This document shows positions 24,342 through 36,864 of a stretch of DNA of 64,000 nt, one piece after another. A model generated the notes under the pieces. The model did no database searches and was not told where the DNA came from. It worked only from the letters and a program-made list of their open reading frames with translations. Origin of the DNA: Chara braunii (lineage: Eukaryota > Plantae > Charophyceae); assembly GCA_003427395.1 (NCBI GenBank), contig BFEA01000020.1, forward strand, positions 1,625,588 to 1,689,587, read 5' to 3'. The position numbers and the translations under genes are program-made. Numbering within the stretch: the stretch's first letter is position 1; the number at the start of each line of letters is the position of its first letter.

Positions 24342-24769
24342 TGACTTTTAAAGGCACATGACAAGTAGGAGAAAATAAGAGTTGGTGGGCTGAATATCGA
24401 CAGGGATTTTATCAATTGTATGTGTCACTGTGTTTCCCTGTGATATTCCCGTTGTGAATGAGAGACGGATTGTTTGAGTTGTATGACAAAGAGTGTTTGC
24501 ATCTGGGATAATGTACCATAAATTTTGTGAGGGTGAATTATGGGTGGTGCGTCGCTTCAGTGCATATGTCTTGGGACAATGTACTATGGGATGCTATGTA
24601 TGGGAACCGGGCGGGTGTATACTATTGGGGGAGTTGGGCGCCGTGGAGTGTTATGCGTGAGGGAGAAGCATTTTGTTTTTCGTTTGACTGAGATTTTTGT
24701 GTTTTTTTTTTTTTTTGTGGTTGCAGAAATAAGAAGTTTGTTGAAAAAAGAAAAAAAAAAAAAACAGAA

Positions 24770-25521
24770 TGAAATTTGGCAATGAGAACGATGATGACTG
24801 GGCAAATATATTGAACAGGGAAGAAGGTCGATCACTAGGAAACCCCCGAAGAAGCAAAATAAGAGGTTGTTTATAGGTCCCAAAGTTTGGCGTACGTATG
24901 ACCAAAAGATAAAAGTGAGATATCTGGCCTGGGGATGAAAGCGAAAGGGAATGAATGAGCTAAAAAAGAAGGAAAGGAAAAGCGTGAGGAGGGATAACAG
25001 AGCCCCAACGACAAGGATGAGGAAAATTATGGGAAGGATGGCGACCAATATGAGGGGGACTCTGGTGAACCATTTAATGAGAGGGCAAAGAGCTATCAGA
25101 AAGAATATAGTCCGATCCGAGAAGAAGAGGAACAGTGGATTGAAGAGGAGCCTCACCTAGTTATTAATCTCAGCAGTGATGAAAAAGCAAAAGAGATAAC
25201 AGAATCAGAGGAAGAAGCGTCGTCAGTACCTGATAACCCGAAGGGAGAGTCATCGACATGGGAGGAGGAATTCAGACAGACGTGTAGCGAATGGTTCAAT
25301 CAATGGTCCAGTATTATTCGACATGAATGGATCCTCCAAACCAAAAAAAAGAAGAGGAAAGGCAAGTCGGTTACGCCTTTGACTTTTTACGATGAGAGAA
25401 CACTGAAATGACTTGCAAAACGAAAGAGGGAGATTCAGACCTATGACTTGAGTCGTATTTCACAGTCATGGTCAAAAGAGCGTAAAAACGTCGACAGACG
25501 AAGCGTCCGTGAGAGTAGTTA
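24770..25521 (+). pseudogene. Decayed accessory ORF downstream of integrase (acidic/basic, unknown function)
   Basis: One frame is open 24998-25411 and continues after a TGA to TAA at 25521, reading ..EEEEQWIEEEPHLVINLSSDEK..WEEEFRQTCSEWFNQWSSIIRHEWILQTKKKKRKGK... The interrupting stops are single transitions from CAA/CGA. Confidence 0.5.
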
Positions 25522-26772
25522 AGCCATGATAATCAGGCTATGTGCATATGTTGCACAAAGGATGGGAGGATTGATCGTAGCGACCAAGCTCCAAATACTA
25601 ACCTGCATAAAACACAGACACCCACAATAACCACATTGCCATACCCAATGTGGTCAACCTTACTGTTCCCTGTAGCTCACACCACGCCTCACACTCAAGC
25701 CCCAGTCATAATCCAACTTTCCATAAATCTCATAAGTTCTTTATAATGACCATTAAAAGAAGTTCGGTTAAAACCCTCAAAGAAACATATCAAATCTCAG
25801 GGCTAAGGCATCAAGTTGAGGTACATGTATAAGCAAAGTTGTGTTGTGAGCCGACGAGTCGATGATCAACCAACTGACCTGTTATCAGTGATAACAGAAA
25901 ATGATCCTCGTAGGATCAAGCTGAAGCTAGTCCAAATCCTGGATCGAATGTCCAAAGAAGACCTGTATCATCCGACAGGTCAATGTCCAAGCTAAATCGT
26001 CAATGTATGGAGATCAAATCCCCATGACACGTTCTCACTCAAGACTCTCCTGATTGTCAAGCCAAAGTCTACCTCTAAGCCAGTGCCCAAAGAAAGGTAG
26101 ACCTATGGCAAAATCTCCCCCATACAGAGTGAATCTCCAAAGTCACCACCTGTCAACATATAATCTATCTCCTCTAAACTAAGAAACTTTTGGCAATGCT
26201 TCCCGTAGGAAAAATGTCTTTCCAGAATTTGTATCATCCTAAAATATGAAAACATAAATAATCTTCAACTTTCAAAGTCAAATTTTGTCAAACTCCCTGA
26301 ATTAACAAAAATTTGGGCAGCACGCCCTTTAAAAAATGAGACTTTTCAGAGTTTTACTAAGTCATATATAAAGATTAGACAAGTTGAACTTTGAAAACTC
26401 AAATTTTAACTAACTCCTTGGATTTGCAGAAATTTCGGCAGCGCTTCCCGTAGAGAAAGTAGCTTACCAAAATTTATACAAAGCCAAGTATAACAAATGA
26501 TCCAAAAAAATGCGGAAATTGATCTAAGTAAAAAAAACTTAGCATCGAAAATGCAGGAATTGAAACTAACTCCTATACCTCTAGCACGTGGTGAGCAACT
26601 AAAGCAGCTACCTATCAACTGGAATGCAGACCAAGTAGTAATATCACTAAGTCACATGCAAGGCACAACTACAAAGGTAAGTACTCTCACCAGCCCAAAG
26701 TCAACCTTATCAAACAATAGTTCATCGTCTTTCAATGATTTATCCCTTTATACCCAACTTACATAAGGCATA

Positions 26773-27498
26773 AAGCTAGACCACCTAAACTTATGGAACA
26801 TATCTAGCTTAGCCATGGAGTATACACAAACACAGGGCACAACAACTTTTCTCTTCTTTGGGCATATGACTAGGCCACCATAGTCGCCCTGAACTGTTTA
26901 AGTATCCAAGTTTTATATAATTATCTACACTTAGTCTTTTAAGGTAGCATATGACTGAACCGATCATCTTTAGCTCAAGATTCAATCTGCCCCTTCGTAC
27001 CACAAATTTATTATCAGTTAATACTCTCTTCAGTTGGTGATAAGCTATAGTCAGACCACCCAAACTTATGAAACCGTGTCTGACTAGCGTGTTCATAGAT
27101 AATGTAATAATAAATTATAACCAAGTTATATCATTTTGGTTCCAGCATGTGCGTGGCATTGGACCAAGACCACCTAAATTTATGGAACATGTCTGGTCCT
27201 CAGCCTGGTTCTTTCTCGGAAAGTCAAAGAAGGAAGAGACCGAGCCACCCAAACTTATGGAACATGCTCAGACTTCCTTGTTCAAAACCAAAAGAAACTG
27301 AAAGAAACCCAAAGTAAACAAGACGACCAAGCCACCCAAACTTATGGAACATGCTTAGTCCCTGAAAAATGAATCACAGTCAGCCCTCGTAAGTCGGAGC
27401 AACCAGACCACCCAGACTTATGAAACTTGTCTGGTCCTCCAGGCAATTCAAAATAAACATAACACTGGGCCTCCCCAAACTTATGGAGACTTGCCCAG
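26773..27498. repeat. Array of 7 hairpins: conserved core CACCYAAACTTATGRAACAT between variable complementary stems
   Basis: Cores start at 26782, 27057, 27171, 27246, 27333, 27409 and 27471. Each is flanked by its own inverted repeat and separated from the next by unrelated sequence. Confidence 0.9.
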
Positions 27499-30400
27499 CC
27501 CTTGATAGACCCAGTCAAGCAAGCAATACTGCCTTCCTCCCATCCTTCCCCCAGATGCAATCCCACAATCTGCTTTTAGTCAATTCAATAAAAACTGAAA
27601 CTGAATTTGCACAATCATTCCTTTATTAAGTCGGGTTTATGTCCTGAAGTCATAGCAAAATGTACAAATAAGGGTTATAGCTGGGTTTATAGAAGGAGGA
27701 GGAAACATTTACCTCTCGGTTCCCTACCTCCAGAACTCCTCCTGAGTTCTGGCAGAGCTCCCGCAATCGGTGGGCAGACTCCCTACAGAGTCTTGTTGCG
27801 GTCCTACGGGTTGCAATCCCGCCTGCCGCCTTCCTCTCGAAACCAGGATCAGACTTAGAGTATGAAGGGCAAAAGAAGAGGGGTTTCAGACGCTCGAGAT
27901 ACAAGAGGGACTAACTCAACTCGCAGGAGAGGGCCTTGGTGCCTCGATACGCCTGAGAGTCCCGCAATGGAGGCCAAAACACGCTGCATCCTGGCTAACT
28001 GACGACAAACTACCAACTGTCGATTCTCCAATGACTTCCCATATCCACCGCAATACCCCATTTTTTGAGCTCCCCGGTTCATGACTTGAAGTATATAAGT
28101 CACAGATAAGCCTGTTTTCTCGTGGCCGACCCGCTGATGCGCATGTTGATTAGGACGAGGGGCACACCGGTCAGCAGACAGGTCTGCAGTGATCTGCAGT
28201 CCCCACAACTGGTCTACTACAGCTTTGCTCAATGAGCTAGACACTGCATCAGCCAACAGGTAAGCCTGCAGCTCACCCGCCCCTCCACCTCAACCAGTAT
28301 GATGGGCGACGCACCCGCCAACAGACAATCCTTTAGCTCTGCAGTCTGCTCCCCCCCTATTTGCTGCTCCGTGCGCAGGCAGGTCTTACCCTGTCTTTCT
28401 CCCTCTGCAATACCTTGCCACATCTAAAAGTGCTTGGCCGTGTGCACGGTTAGGTATATGCAGGCAAAGACCGCACGCGGAGGGGACCACAGCGGCGACC
28501 GAGGGGATGAAGACGGCGAGCTAAATCGGATCCCAACAAACGAGTGAGCTCACCTCCTCTTCCTTTTCTGTGTGTTTGTGTGCGTGCGCCTCTCTCTCTG
28601 TTTCTCGCAGGTACGTATCCTCTATCGTTCGTACTGCCCCCTTATCCGTTTCCCTCTCCTGTCAAGGTCGTACCGGTCTCCTTCAGGCGTGCGACCCCGG
28701 AGGTAAGTCTCCAACCTCGCTGGCCGCCTCGCACTACTTGGCTCGATGGAATGAACAAAATCAGACGAATCTTCAGCTAAAATATGGAAGTATACACTGC
28801 TTCCCAGGCATGCGCGCAGAGAGAGGAGGTCCGACTACTACATTGATAGTTGGGAGGAGCGAAATTGATTGAACCTCCTGCTCGAGCTCTCCGGCCAACA
28901 GGTAAGTCCGCCACCCTGCGACTGGCCTCACGCTGCTTTCACAGTGGGACAAGCAAATATTGAATGAATCTTCCGCTAGAACACAGAGGTATACATCTCC
29001 GCTGCACAACTACTCCTCGAAGCGCAGCCTTTAACCTTCATAGCGCCAACTCCGCTTGCTCATCGGGAAATCCGACCACGTCATCGAGTCTGTGTGGTTC
29101 GAGAACCCCCATGTAGACTCCTCCCCCATTCATTCTCCTTCACGAACGACCTCCATATGCCTCCTCCTTCTTCACTCCTCGTCATCTCGGCGCACGACCT
29201 TTTCTACCTATCTCTTCCCCCACTAAAGTACTAACGAAACTAACATTGTCATCGAATTCGCCCTACCTGAGAACCTCAAAACCCCACCTTCACTCGCTCG
29301 TTTTCATCGTGAAATGAGCGAGCTATGCGATCTTCATCCCCATCACTCTCGTTTTCCCTCTCACCATAGCTCCGTGCAGTAAGTTCTCTGACTAACCTTC
29401 TTTCTACTAACTCGTACCCAATTCTAAGTTCGGATCCAGTATCGCCTGCCCCCAAAACCCTATCCTACATTCTTTTCCGGCGTAAATCTATGGAGAATCG
29501 AACTAGCTGTTCGATCTTCCCTCCACCATACCTGCCTCTCCCTTTGAATGAACCCGGCTCGACCCCTCGTCCTAATTCATTTCCCTTTCTCACTCATCTT
29601 CCCACTGCCTTCTTCATCTGCCTCTTCTTTTCGTCCCCCCCCCGTCGATACTCCGCTCCCCTAGCACTAGCTCCTCCCTCTCTGCGTTACTCCAATCTTC
29701 GAACGCACCCGGTGCAACTTCGCATCCGGGTTCATCCGACTTTCTTCCCTTCTGCTTCCCGGTCGATGCCCACTCTGCACCTGTTTTCTTACGCTCCGCC
29801 TGCTGCTGCCCGATACTTTGCTGCCTTAGCGTCGTGCTTGCGCTGCCTCGCTTTGCTGCCTTAGCGCTGTGCCTGCGCTGCCTCGTCTTGCTGCCTTAGC
29901 GCTGCCCTCGACCGCTAACGCAGCGCCCGTCACTCACAATGGCCCGCCTCCTTAGGCATATGTCGTTGGTCCCTGCCGAGTGGCATTGAGCAGGGACCAC
30001 CTTGATGCTCATAGGGGGAGTGGACCGGAGGGGAGGCACAGTGACTGGCCCATCGAAGAAGCCCGACCCTGATGCTACCGGCTGGCCCCTGGCCGGTACC
30101 ACCTACCTGCTGCAGCAGGTATTGCACCTGCTCGGTGGGTGCAACTCCCACATGTTCCCTCGTTGGAGGCTTGAGCACGAATGTGGCTTTTACGGGGTTC
30201 CCCATAATATCATGAAGGGGTAACCTCGGCGCAGTCACAAAAACTGTTTGTAACCACTTTTCTGGCAATCCCATGAATACCACACATCCCCACGCGACCT
30301 CACCGGACCCAAAGCGTAGGTCATATACACCCAACATTACCGGCCCTTTTGCCTTAAGTGCAATTACATACTTAAGCCCTGACCACGCCGTGTTCTCAGC

Positions 30401-30639
30401 GACGGCGTGGTAGTAGACTTTCGCCGGCATTCTGAACCCGTGGGCCCGTCGAGCGAGGCGCACACCCGAGGACCTCGTCTACCGTGACGACCACCTGTGT
30501 CTGGCGACGGCCTAAGAACCGATTACCAAGGTAGAAACAATAAAAATAAAAAATAAAAAAAAATAAAACCGAGAATGAACGTCGCGCATGGTTGTGCCTC
30601 GCCGTCAATACCCCGCATGCGCCGTCAGACGGGCGAGGC

Positions 30640-31432
30640 TGCACTGGTGTAACTTACAAAAAACACGCCAAATACCCTTGTAAGGGTATTTGGTACGACA
30701 ATGGTTTCAGGGACACATGTGGACGAGTCTGGATGAGGTGCAAGGAGTGCACCGGTTCGTTTTCAACTCAAAAAATGTTGCATGTGGAAGGGTGGTTGAT
30801 ACGAGGGAGCTCTTGAAGACCATCATCAAGGTAATTGCGAAGTCATGGAGAAAACATTTGCTACAACTCTCTGACGCAAATGTCCGGAGATGTGTCAATG
30901 AGCAGATGTCATCACCATCCGCAATGAACGAGCATGAGGTTGTCTACAATGCGCACTCCATACGGTCTTTAGTCTTGGTGTCGTTGGATAAGAATCCAGA
31001 CCCGACTCTAGTAATATGTCTGATGCTGTATTTTCGTGGCTTCCACGTGACGGTCACATGAAATTTCAACTTCTTGGAAAAAATACAGAATGGGTATTGG
31101 CATAATAAAAGATTGCGTATAAAGAAGTTGGACTCCTGCATGTAACCACATGACGGACGTGTGGGAAGTTGGGAAGCGTCAACGTAATCCCAAAGGATAA
31201 GGATTATGGGAGATGACGTCTGATCTCACAGTCGTGGTTGGAACCATCGAGAATAGCAAGCTGCAGACAAGGGAGAACCCTGAGATATATGCTCTTATGC
31301 CTGTTGGATAATCAACACTTTAGGCTACGGGCAACAAACAACTTGAAGGTTGTTATGACAAAGAAGATTGTAGCAGTAGCTAAGTTTGGGGATACCATCG
31401 TAAGGAGAAGTTATGACAGATACATTTCCTAA
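30640..31432 (+). pseudogene. Penelope-like retroelement RT N-terminal relic
   Basis: Across frameshifts: YPC..GH..FVFNSKNV; LVLVSLDKNPDPTLVIC..LY (resembles the PLE 'ADK..V' motif); PKDKDYGR*RLIS (PK.K...RPI-like); and ..SYD (start of motif A). Recognised by eye only. Confidence 0.55.
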
Positions 31433-31929
31433 GATCGGTGGTTGGGATTTGCTGATGGTTATGATCGACCAGACTTGTCAAAAACACAGTGGGGTGAGGG
31501 AAGATGGCGTGAGGAAGAGAGAAAGGAAGAAGGGAAAAAAATGGGTTGAATCATGATGAAATAATTCGGGGCTATAAAGGATGAAGGTGGGAGGACGTTC
31601 CTTTCATTTTTGACTTACCCTCTTGAAGAGACTTGTCACGCACAAGTTGAAACCGATAGAGGGGTTGTGTGTTTTTTTGTGTGTTGTTTTTGGTGAAGCT
31701 AATGAGCTTTGTTCTCAAAAACTGAGCAGTTGTGTGTACTGTTCGTTCACCCTTGACTTCTTCTTCTTCCTCCTTTCTCCTTCTTCCTCCTTCCCCCTTC
31801 CTTTACTTCTTTCTTTTATTTTTCCTTTTTCCCTTCCTCTTCTCCTTCTCCCTTTTCTCCTCTCCAGTCTCACTCCTTCTTTTCTTCTCCTCCCTCCTTT
31901 CTCTCCACTGCAAATATCCCAAACATGCG

Positions 31930-32850
31930 AAGTCTCGTGCATGCGTTTTGTCGTATTTTCTCCAAAGTTTTGCTCAATCTTCCACTTAGGTGTAAATCGG
32001 TACTTTGAATCTTTGCTTCTTCTAAGCGTATTGAGCCTTCCCCTCTCTTGTTTTGTCAAATTTTCCACTCCCATGTAAATCGTTACTTTGGCTTTTGCTT
32101 CAACTAACCTTGTGCATATGTTTTGTCATCTTTTCTTCCAAGTTTTGCTCAATCTTCCACTTAGGAGTAAATCGCTACTTTGCATCTTGCTTCTTCTAGT
32201 GTAGTGAGTTTCCTTCTCTTTTGTTTTGTTCATTTCTCCACTCTCATTTAAATCGTTACTTTGGTTCTTGCTTTAACTAGCCTTGTGAATACATTTTGTC
32301 ATCTTTGCTTCAAAGTTTTGCTCAATCTTCCACTTAGGTGTAAACCGTTATTTTGAATCTTGCTTCTTCTAGTCTAGTGAGTTTCCCTCTATCTTGTTTT
32401 GTCAACTTCTCCACTTCCATATAAATCGCTACTTTGGTTCTTGCTTCAAGTATATATTTTTTCGAGGTTTGCTCAATCTTCCACTTGGGTATAAATCGCT
32501 ACTTTGAATATTGATTTTTCTAGTTTAGTGAGTTTCACTCTCTCTTGTTTTGTAAATTTCTTCATTCTCATGTAAATCGCTGCTTGGGTTTTGCTTCAAC
32601 TAGCCTTGTGCATGTGTTTTGTCATATTTTCTTCCAAGTTTTGTTCAATCTTCCACGGGTGTAAATTGCTATTTGCAATTTTGCTTCTTCTAGTGTAAGT
32701 GAACCCCTCCCTCTCTTGTTTTGTCTATTTCTCCACTCCCATTTAAATCGCTACTTTGGTTCTTGCTTCAACTAGCCTTGTGCATGTATTTTGTTATCAT
32801 TCTTTTCGAGTTTCATTCAATCTTCCACTTGGGTGTATTTTGCTTCAGCC
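31930..32850. repeat. Satellite, ~173-bp unit made of two related ~87-bp halves
   Basis: AATCTTCCACTT.GGTGTAAATCG recurs at ~31976, 32151, 32324, 32476, 32648 and 32819. Confidence 0.9.
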
Positions 32851-34325
32851 TTGGGTGCTTCCACTAGTCATGTATAGGTGTCTTGTCAAGTTTCACTCAT
32901 ACATTTCGTCAATTTTCCAGTTCGTGATATTCCGCTTGTCTCTTCAGGGCTTTCACTAGTCATGTGCATGTGCCTTGTCATGTTTCTCTCATGCTTTTCG
33001 TCAATCTTTCACTCGATGATATTTCACTTTAAGCTTGGGTGTTTCCACTAGTCATGTGCATGTGCCTTGTCAAGTTTCTCTCATACTTTTCGTCAATCTT
33101 TCACTTGACAATGTCCCGCTTCACTCTTGGGTGCTTCAACTAGTCATATGCATGTGCCTTGTCAAGTTTCTCTCTTGCTATTTGTGGTGTTCCACTTCAC
33201 TCTATAGTGCTTCCACTAGTCATGTATATATGCCTTGTCAAATTTCTCTCATGTTTTCATTCAAATGTCCACTTGGTGGTGTTCCGCTTCACTCTTGGGT
33301 GCTTTCACTAGTTATGTGCATGCGTTTTGTCAAGTTTCACTTATGCATTTTGTCAATCTTCCGCTTTGTAATGTTTCGATTCACTCCTGGGTGCTTCGAA
33401 TGATCATGTGCATGTGCCTTGTCACGTTTCTCTAATGCTTTTCGTTGATATTCCGCTTTGTAATATTCCGATTCACTCTTGGGTGTTTCCACTAGTCATA
33501 TGCATGTGATGTCAAGTTTCTCCATGCTTTTCGTCAATCTTCCGCTTGGTTATGCTCCGCTTCACTCTTGGGAGCTTCCACTAGTCATGTGCATGTGCTT
33601 TGTCAAGTTTTTCTCATGAGTTTCATCAATCTTCCTCTTGGTGGTGTTCCACTTCACTCTTGGGTGCTTCCACTAGTCATGTGCATGTGCCTTGTCAAAT
33701 TTCTTGCATGTTTTTGTTTAAATTTCCACTTGGTAGTGTTCCGTTTCATGCTTGGGTGCTTTCACTAGTTGTGTGCATGTGTTTTGTCAAGTTTCACTCA
33801 TGCATTTCGTCAATCTTTTGCCTTGTAATGTTATGATTCACTCCTAGGTGCTACCACTTGTCATGTGAATATGCTTTGTCAAGTTTCTCTCATGCTTTTC
33901 ATCGATTTGCCAATTTGTAATACTCCGATTTACGTTTGGGTGCTTCTCATAGTCATATGCATGTCACTTGTCAAGTTTCTCTCATGCTTTTTGTCAATCT
34001 TCCGCTTGGTAATGCTACACTTCACTCTTGGGAGCTTCCACTAGTCATGTGCATGTGCCTTGTCAAGTTTCTCTCATGGTTTCATCAATGTTTCACTTGA
34101 TGGTGTTCCGCTTCATTCTTGGGAACTTCCACTAGTCACGTACATGTGCCTTGTCAAGTTTCTCTCATGCTTTTCATCAATCTTTTACTTCGTGGTGTTC
34201 CGCTTAATCTTTGTTTGCTTCTACTAATTATGTGCATATGCCTTGTCGATTTTTTTTCATGTTTTCCATCAATCTTTCACTTGGTAGTATTTTGCTTCAC
34301 TCATGAGGGCTTCCATTAGTCGCGA
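32850..34325. repeat. Satellite, ~91-bp unit, ~16 copies
   Basis: CTTCCACTAGTCATGTGCATGTGCCTTGTCAAGTTTCTCTCATGC recurs every ~91 bp. Confidence 0.93.
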
Positions 34326-34648
34326 GCATGAGATATGGCTGTGTATTCTCACCGCTATTATACTATGACCCCCCACATATGCTTTATTTGAACACAATTA
34401 CTCCTTTTGTAGTATAGGACGCTGTAACCCATGTCTCCTACGAGTCTAAGTTGTATCTTCCTACCCCCCCGTGTTCTATTATAAACTCAACTAATTATAC
34501 TCTAACTTGACTGACTCAGACCGTGCTCGCCTTAACTCGGATAAGGTCGTGCCGTCCGAATATGCCACATGATCTTCGTCATCTTGCATAACAAACTAAT
34601 CCTAGCCAAGTGCCGACGGAGTTATCGGAAGAAAGAGTAGGAAAGGGG

Positions 34649-34732
34649 GCTGCTGCTGCTGCTGCTGATGATGTTGCTGCTGCTGCTGATGATGATGTTG
34701 TTGCTGATGCTGCTGATGATGATGATGTTGCT
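34649..34732. repeat. (GCT)n/(GAT)n compound microsatellite
   Basis: Direct reading. Confidence 0.9.
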
Positions 34733-35098
34733 ATTAGTGGACTAAGTACTTGACTATGGCTGCTACTAGAACCATTGTCCGGCCCCGACCAAGGGTTGGT
34801 CTGGAATTCTCAACCATTCGGCACGACTCCGGGGGAGGGAAAAAAAAACAACCCTCGCCAAATAAAGGAGATGGGGCCTGAAACTCGGCAGACCCCATGT
34901 CCTAGGCATAGGTCTGCGAAGTTCCAGGTCCGCCTGAGTCCATATTCCGACAAAAACGGAAAATGAACTTCCAGAAACTATTCGCTTAGTGGGCAAAGCC
35001 TAAACCAACAAGTGATAGAATGATACTCAAACTTAGGAGGGTCATCTGTAGGGTAGGTAAAGATGGTCTGCAAAGTGACAGACCAAGCTGACGGTGTT

Positions 35099-35275
35099 TA
35101 GGGCAGCAAACATAAATCTGAGTTTTTCGCCCCTTCGATGATAGAAAAATCTGCAAATATGCAAAATCTGAGTTTTTCGCAAATCTGATTTTTTTGCAAA
35201 TCCGAGTTTCCACATATCTGAGTAATATTGCAAAGTCCGAGTTTTCGCAAATCTGAGTTTTCAGAGAAATCGGAC
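35099..35275 (+). mobile_element. Probable DNA transposon end with subterminal repeats
   Basis: TAGGGCAGCAAAC followed by ~8 copies of AAATCTGAGTTTT(T)CGC-like motifs. Confidence 0.4.
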
Positions 35276-35324
35276 CTTGGAACGACACAAGAAGGACGAG
35301 ACCGTTACTTAGAAGTGACAAACT

Positions 35325-36060
35325 GCCATAGCCGAGCACCTCACACCTTCTTTTTTCTCCACCTTCATCAACCATCCGCCATAGCCAACCACCTCACATC
35401 TTCTTCTTCCTCGACCTCCATCATTCATCCATCATAGCCAACCACCTCACACCTCCTTCCTCCACCTCCATTACCCATCCGTCATAGCCAACCACCTCAC
35501 ACCTTCTTCTTCCTCTACCTCCGTCAACCATCTGCCATAGCCGACCACCTCACACCTTCTTTCTCCTCCACCTTGATCACCCAATTGCCATAGCCAACCA
35601 CCTCACACCTTTTTTTTCCTCCACCTCCACCTCCATCACCCATCCATCATAGCCAACCACCTCACATTTTCTTCCTCCAACGCTATCACCCATCCACCAT
35701 AGCCAACCAACTCACACCTTCGTCCTCCTCCACCTCCATCACCCATTCGCAATAGCTGACCACCTCACACCTTTTTTTTCCTCCACCTCCATCCATCACC
35801 CATCCACCATAGCCAACAACCTCACACCTTCTTCTTCCGCCACCTCCATTACCCATCCACTATTGCCAACCATCTCACACCTTCTCCCTCCTCCACCCCC
35901 ATCACTCATCCATCATACCCAACCACCTCACACCTTCTTCTTCCTCCACCTCCATCACCATCCACCATAGTCAACCACCTCACACATGCTTCCTACTCCA
36001 CCTCCATCACCTATCCGCCACAGCCGACCACCTCACTCCTTTTCCTTCGACCACACCCAA
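35325..36060. repeat. Minisatellite, ~52-bp unit, ~14 copies
   Basis: CATAGCCAACCACCTCACACCTTCTTCTTCCTCCACCTCCATCACCCATCC repeated in tandem. Confidence 0.92.
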
Positions 36061-36151
36061 TCACCGCCATGTTAAAAGAGAAATGGATTACAGGACATAG
36101 AGGGAGCTTTCAGGTGGGACGATAGGCCAAGTAGGTGTTGGACTTTGATTA

Positions 36152-36155
<4 letters not shown>

Positions 36156-36197
<42 letters not shown>
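36156..36197. repeat. (CT)n microsatellite
   Basis: Direct reading. Confidence 0.97.
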
Positions 36198-36200
<3 letters not shown>

Positions 36201-36224
36201 CTTTCCCCTTCTAACCACGTGCTA

Positions 36225-36440
36225 TAACCAGAAAGGATTGAAAACATAAGTAACCAGAAAGGAAAGGATTGAAAACATAAGTAACCAGAAAGGAAAGGAT
36301 TGAAAACATAAGTAACCAGAAAGGANNNNNNNNNNNNNNNNNNNNAGGAAAGGATTGAAAACATAAGTAACCAGAAAGGAAAGGATTGAAAACATAAGTA
36401 ACCAGAAAGGAAAGGATTGAAAACATAAGTAACCAGAAAG
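36225..36440. repeat. Near-perfect 31-bp tandem repeat (spans a gap)
   Basis: AACCAGAAAGGAAAGGATTGAAAACATAAGT, about 7 copies. Confidence 0.95.
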
Positions 36441-36864
36441 AAAAAGAGAATAAGCATGCGGGAGAGATTATGTGTTAACACCAAATGGGGGTTGTGTTTG
36501 TTCCCGTATTGCATTGAGTGTGCAGGTGATGCTTAACCTGCGCATAAAAGAAGATAAGCTTTCAAAGAACTCCCTGGACTGCACGAGTATTGGAAGAAGC
36601 AATTGTTTGCAAACACAAGAAAGCATGGAGAATAAATGTTTGACAAAGATCAGCGAAGACTACCTACCTAGCAAGAAGGTAGAGTTACATCTCCAATGTC
36701 AAAGCTCTCTCGCTAGATGACCCACCCCCATCCATCTCAAAGCACTAGGTGGGGATGTCCTTGAGACGAACGTTCCACACCCTGGGTATGTGGTGGGCGG
36801 AGCAGAGCCAACTGGGACCCGCGATGGGGTCGACTCAGACTCTAAAGTCTAACAGGGTGGACCC

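Noticed and set aside
24584-25156. 190-aa hydrophobic minus-strand ORF resembling an env/membrane protein
   Set aside because: It is the antisense shadow of a purine-rich + strand frame, with no independent support.
26773-27498. CRISPR array interpretation of the repeat/spacer pattern
   Set aside because: Spacer lengths are irregular, the palindrome lies outside the conserved core, no cas genes are present, and the context is eukaryotic transposon sequence.
28255-28910. Several AG/GTAAG splice-donor-like motifs suggesting a host gene
   Set aside because: No coherent coding exon chain could be assembled.
32756-34319. Repeated Cys/hydrophobic short ORFs
   Set aside because: These are translations of the 91-bp satellite.
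36225-36440. 31-bp repeat of CRISPR-like length containing ATTGAAA
   Set aside because: The units are head-to-tail with no spacers, so this is a plain minisatellite.
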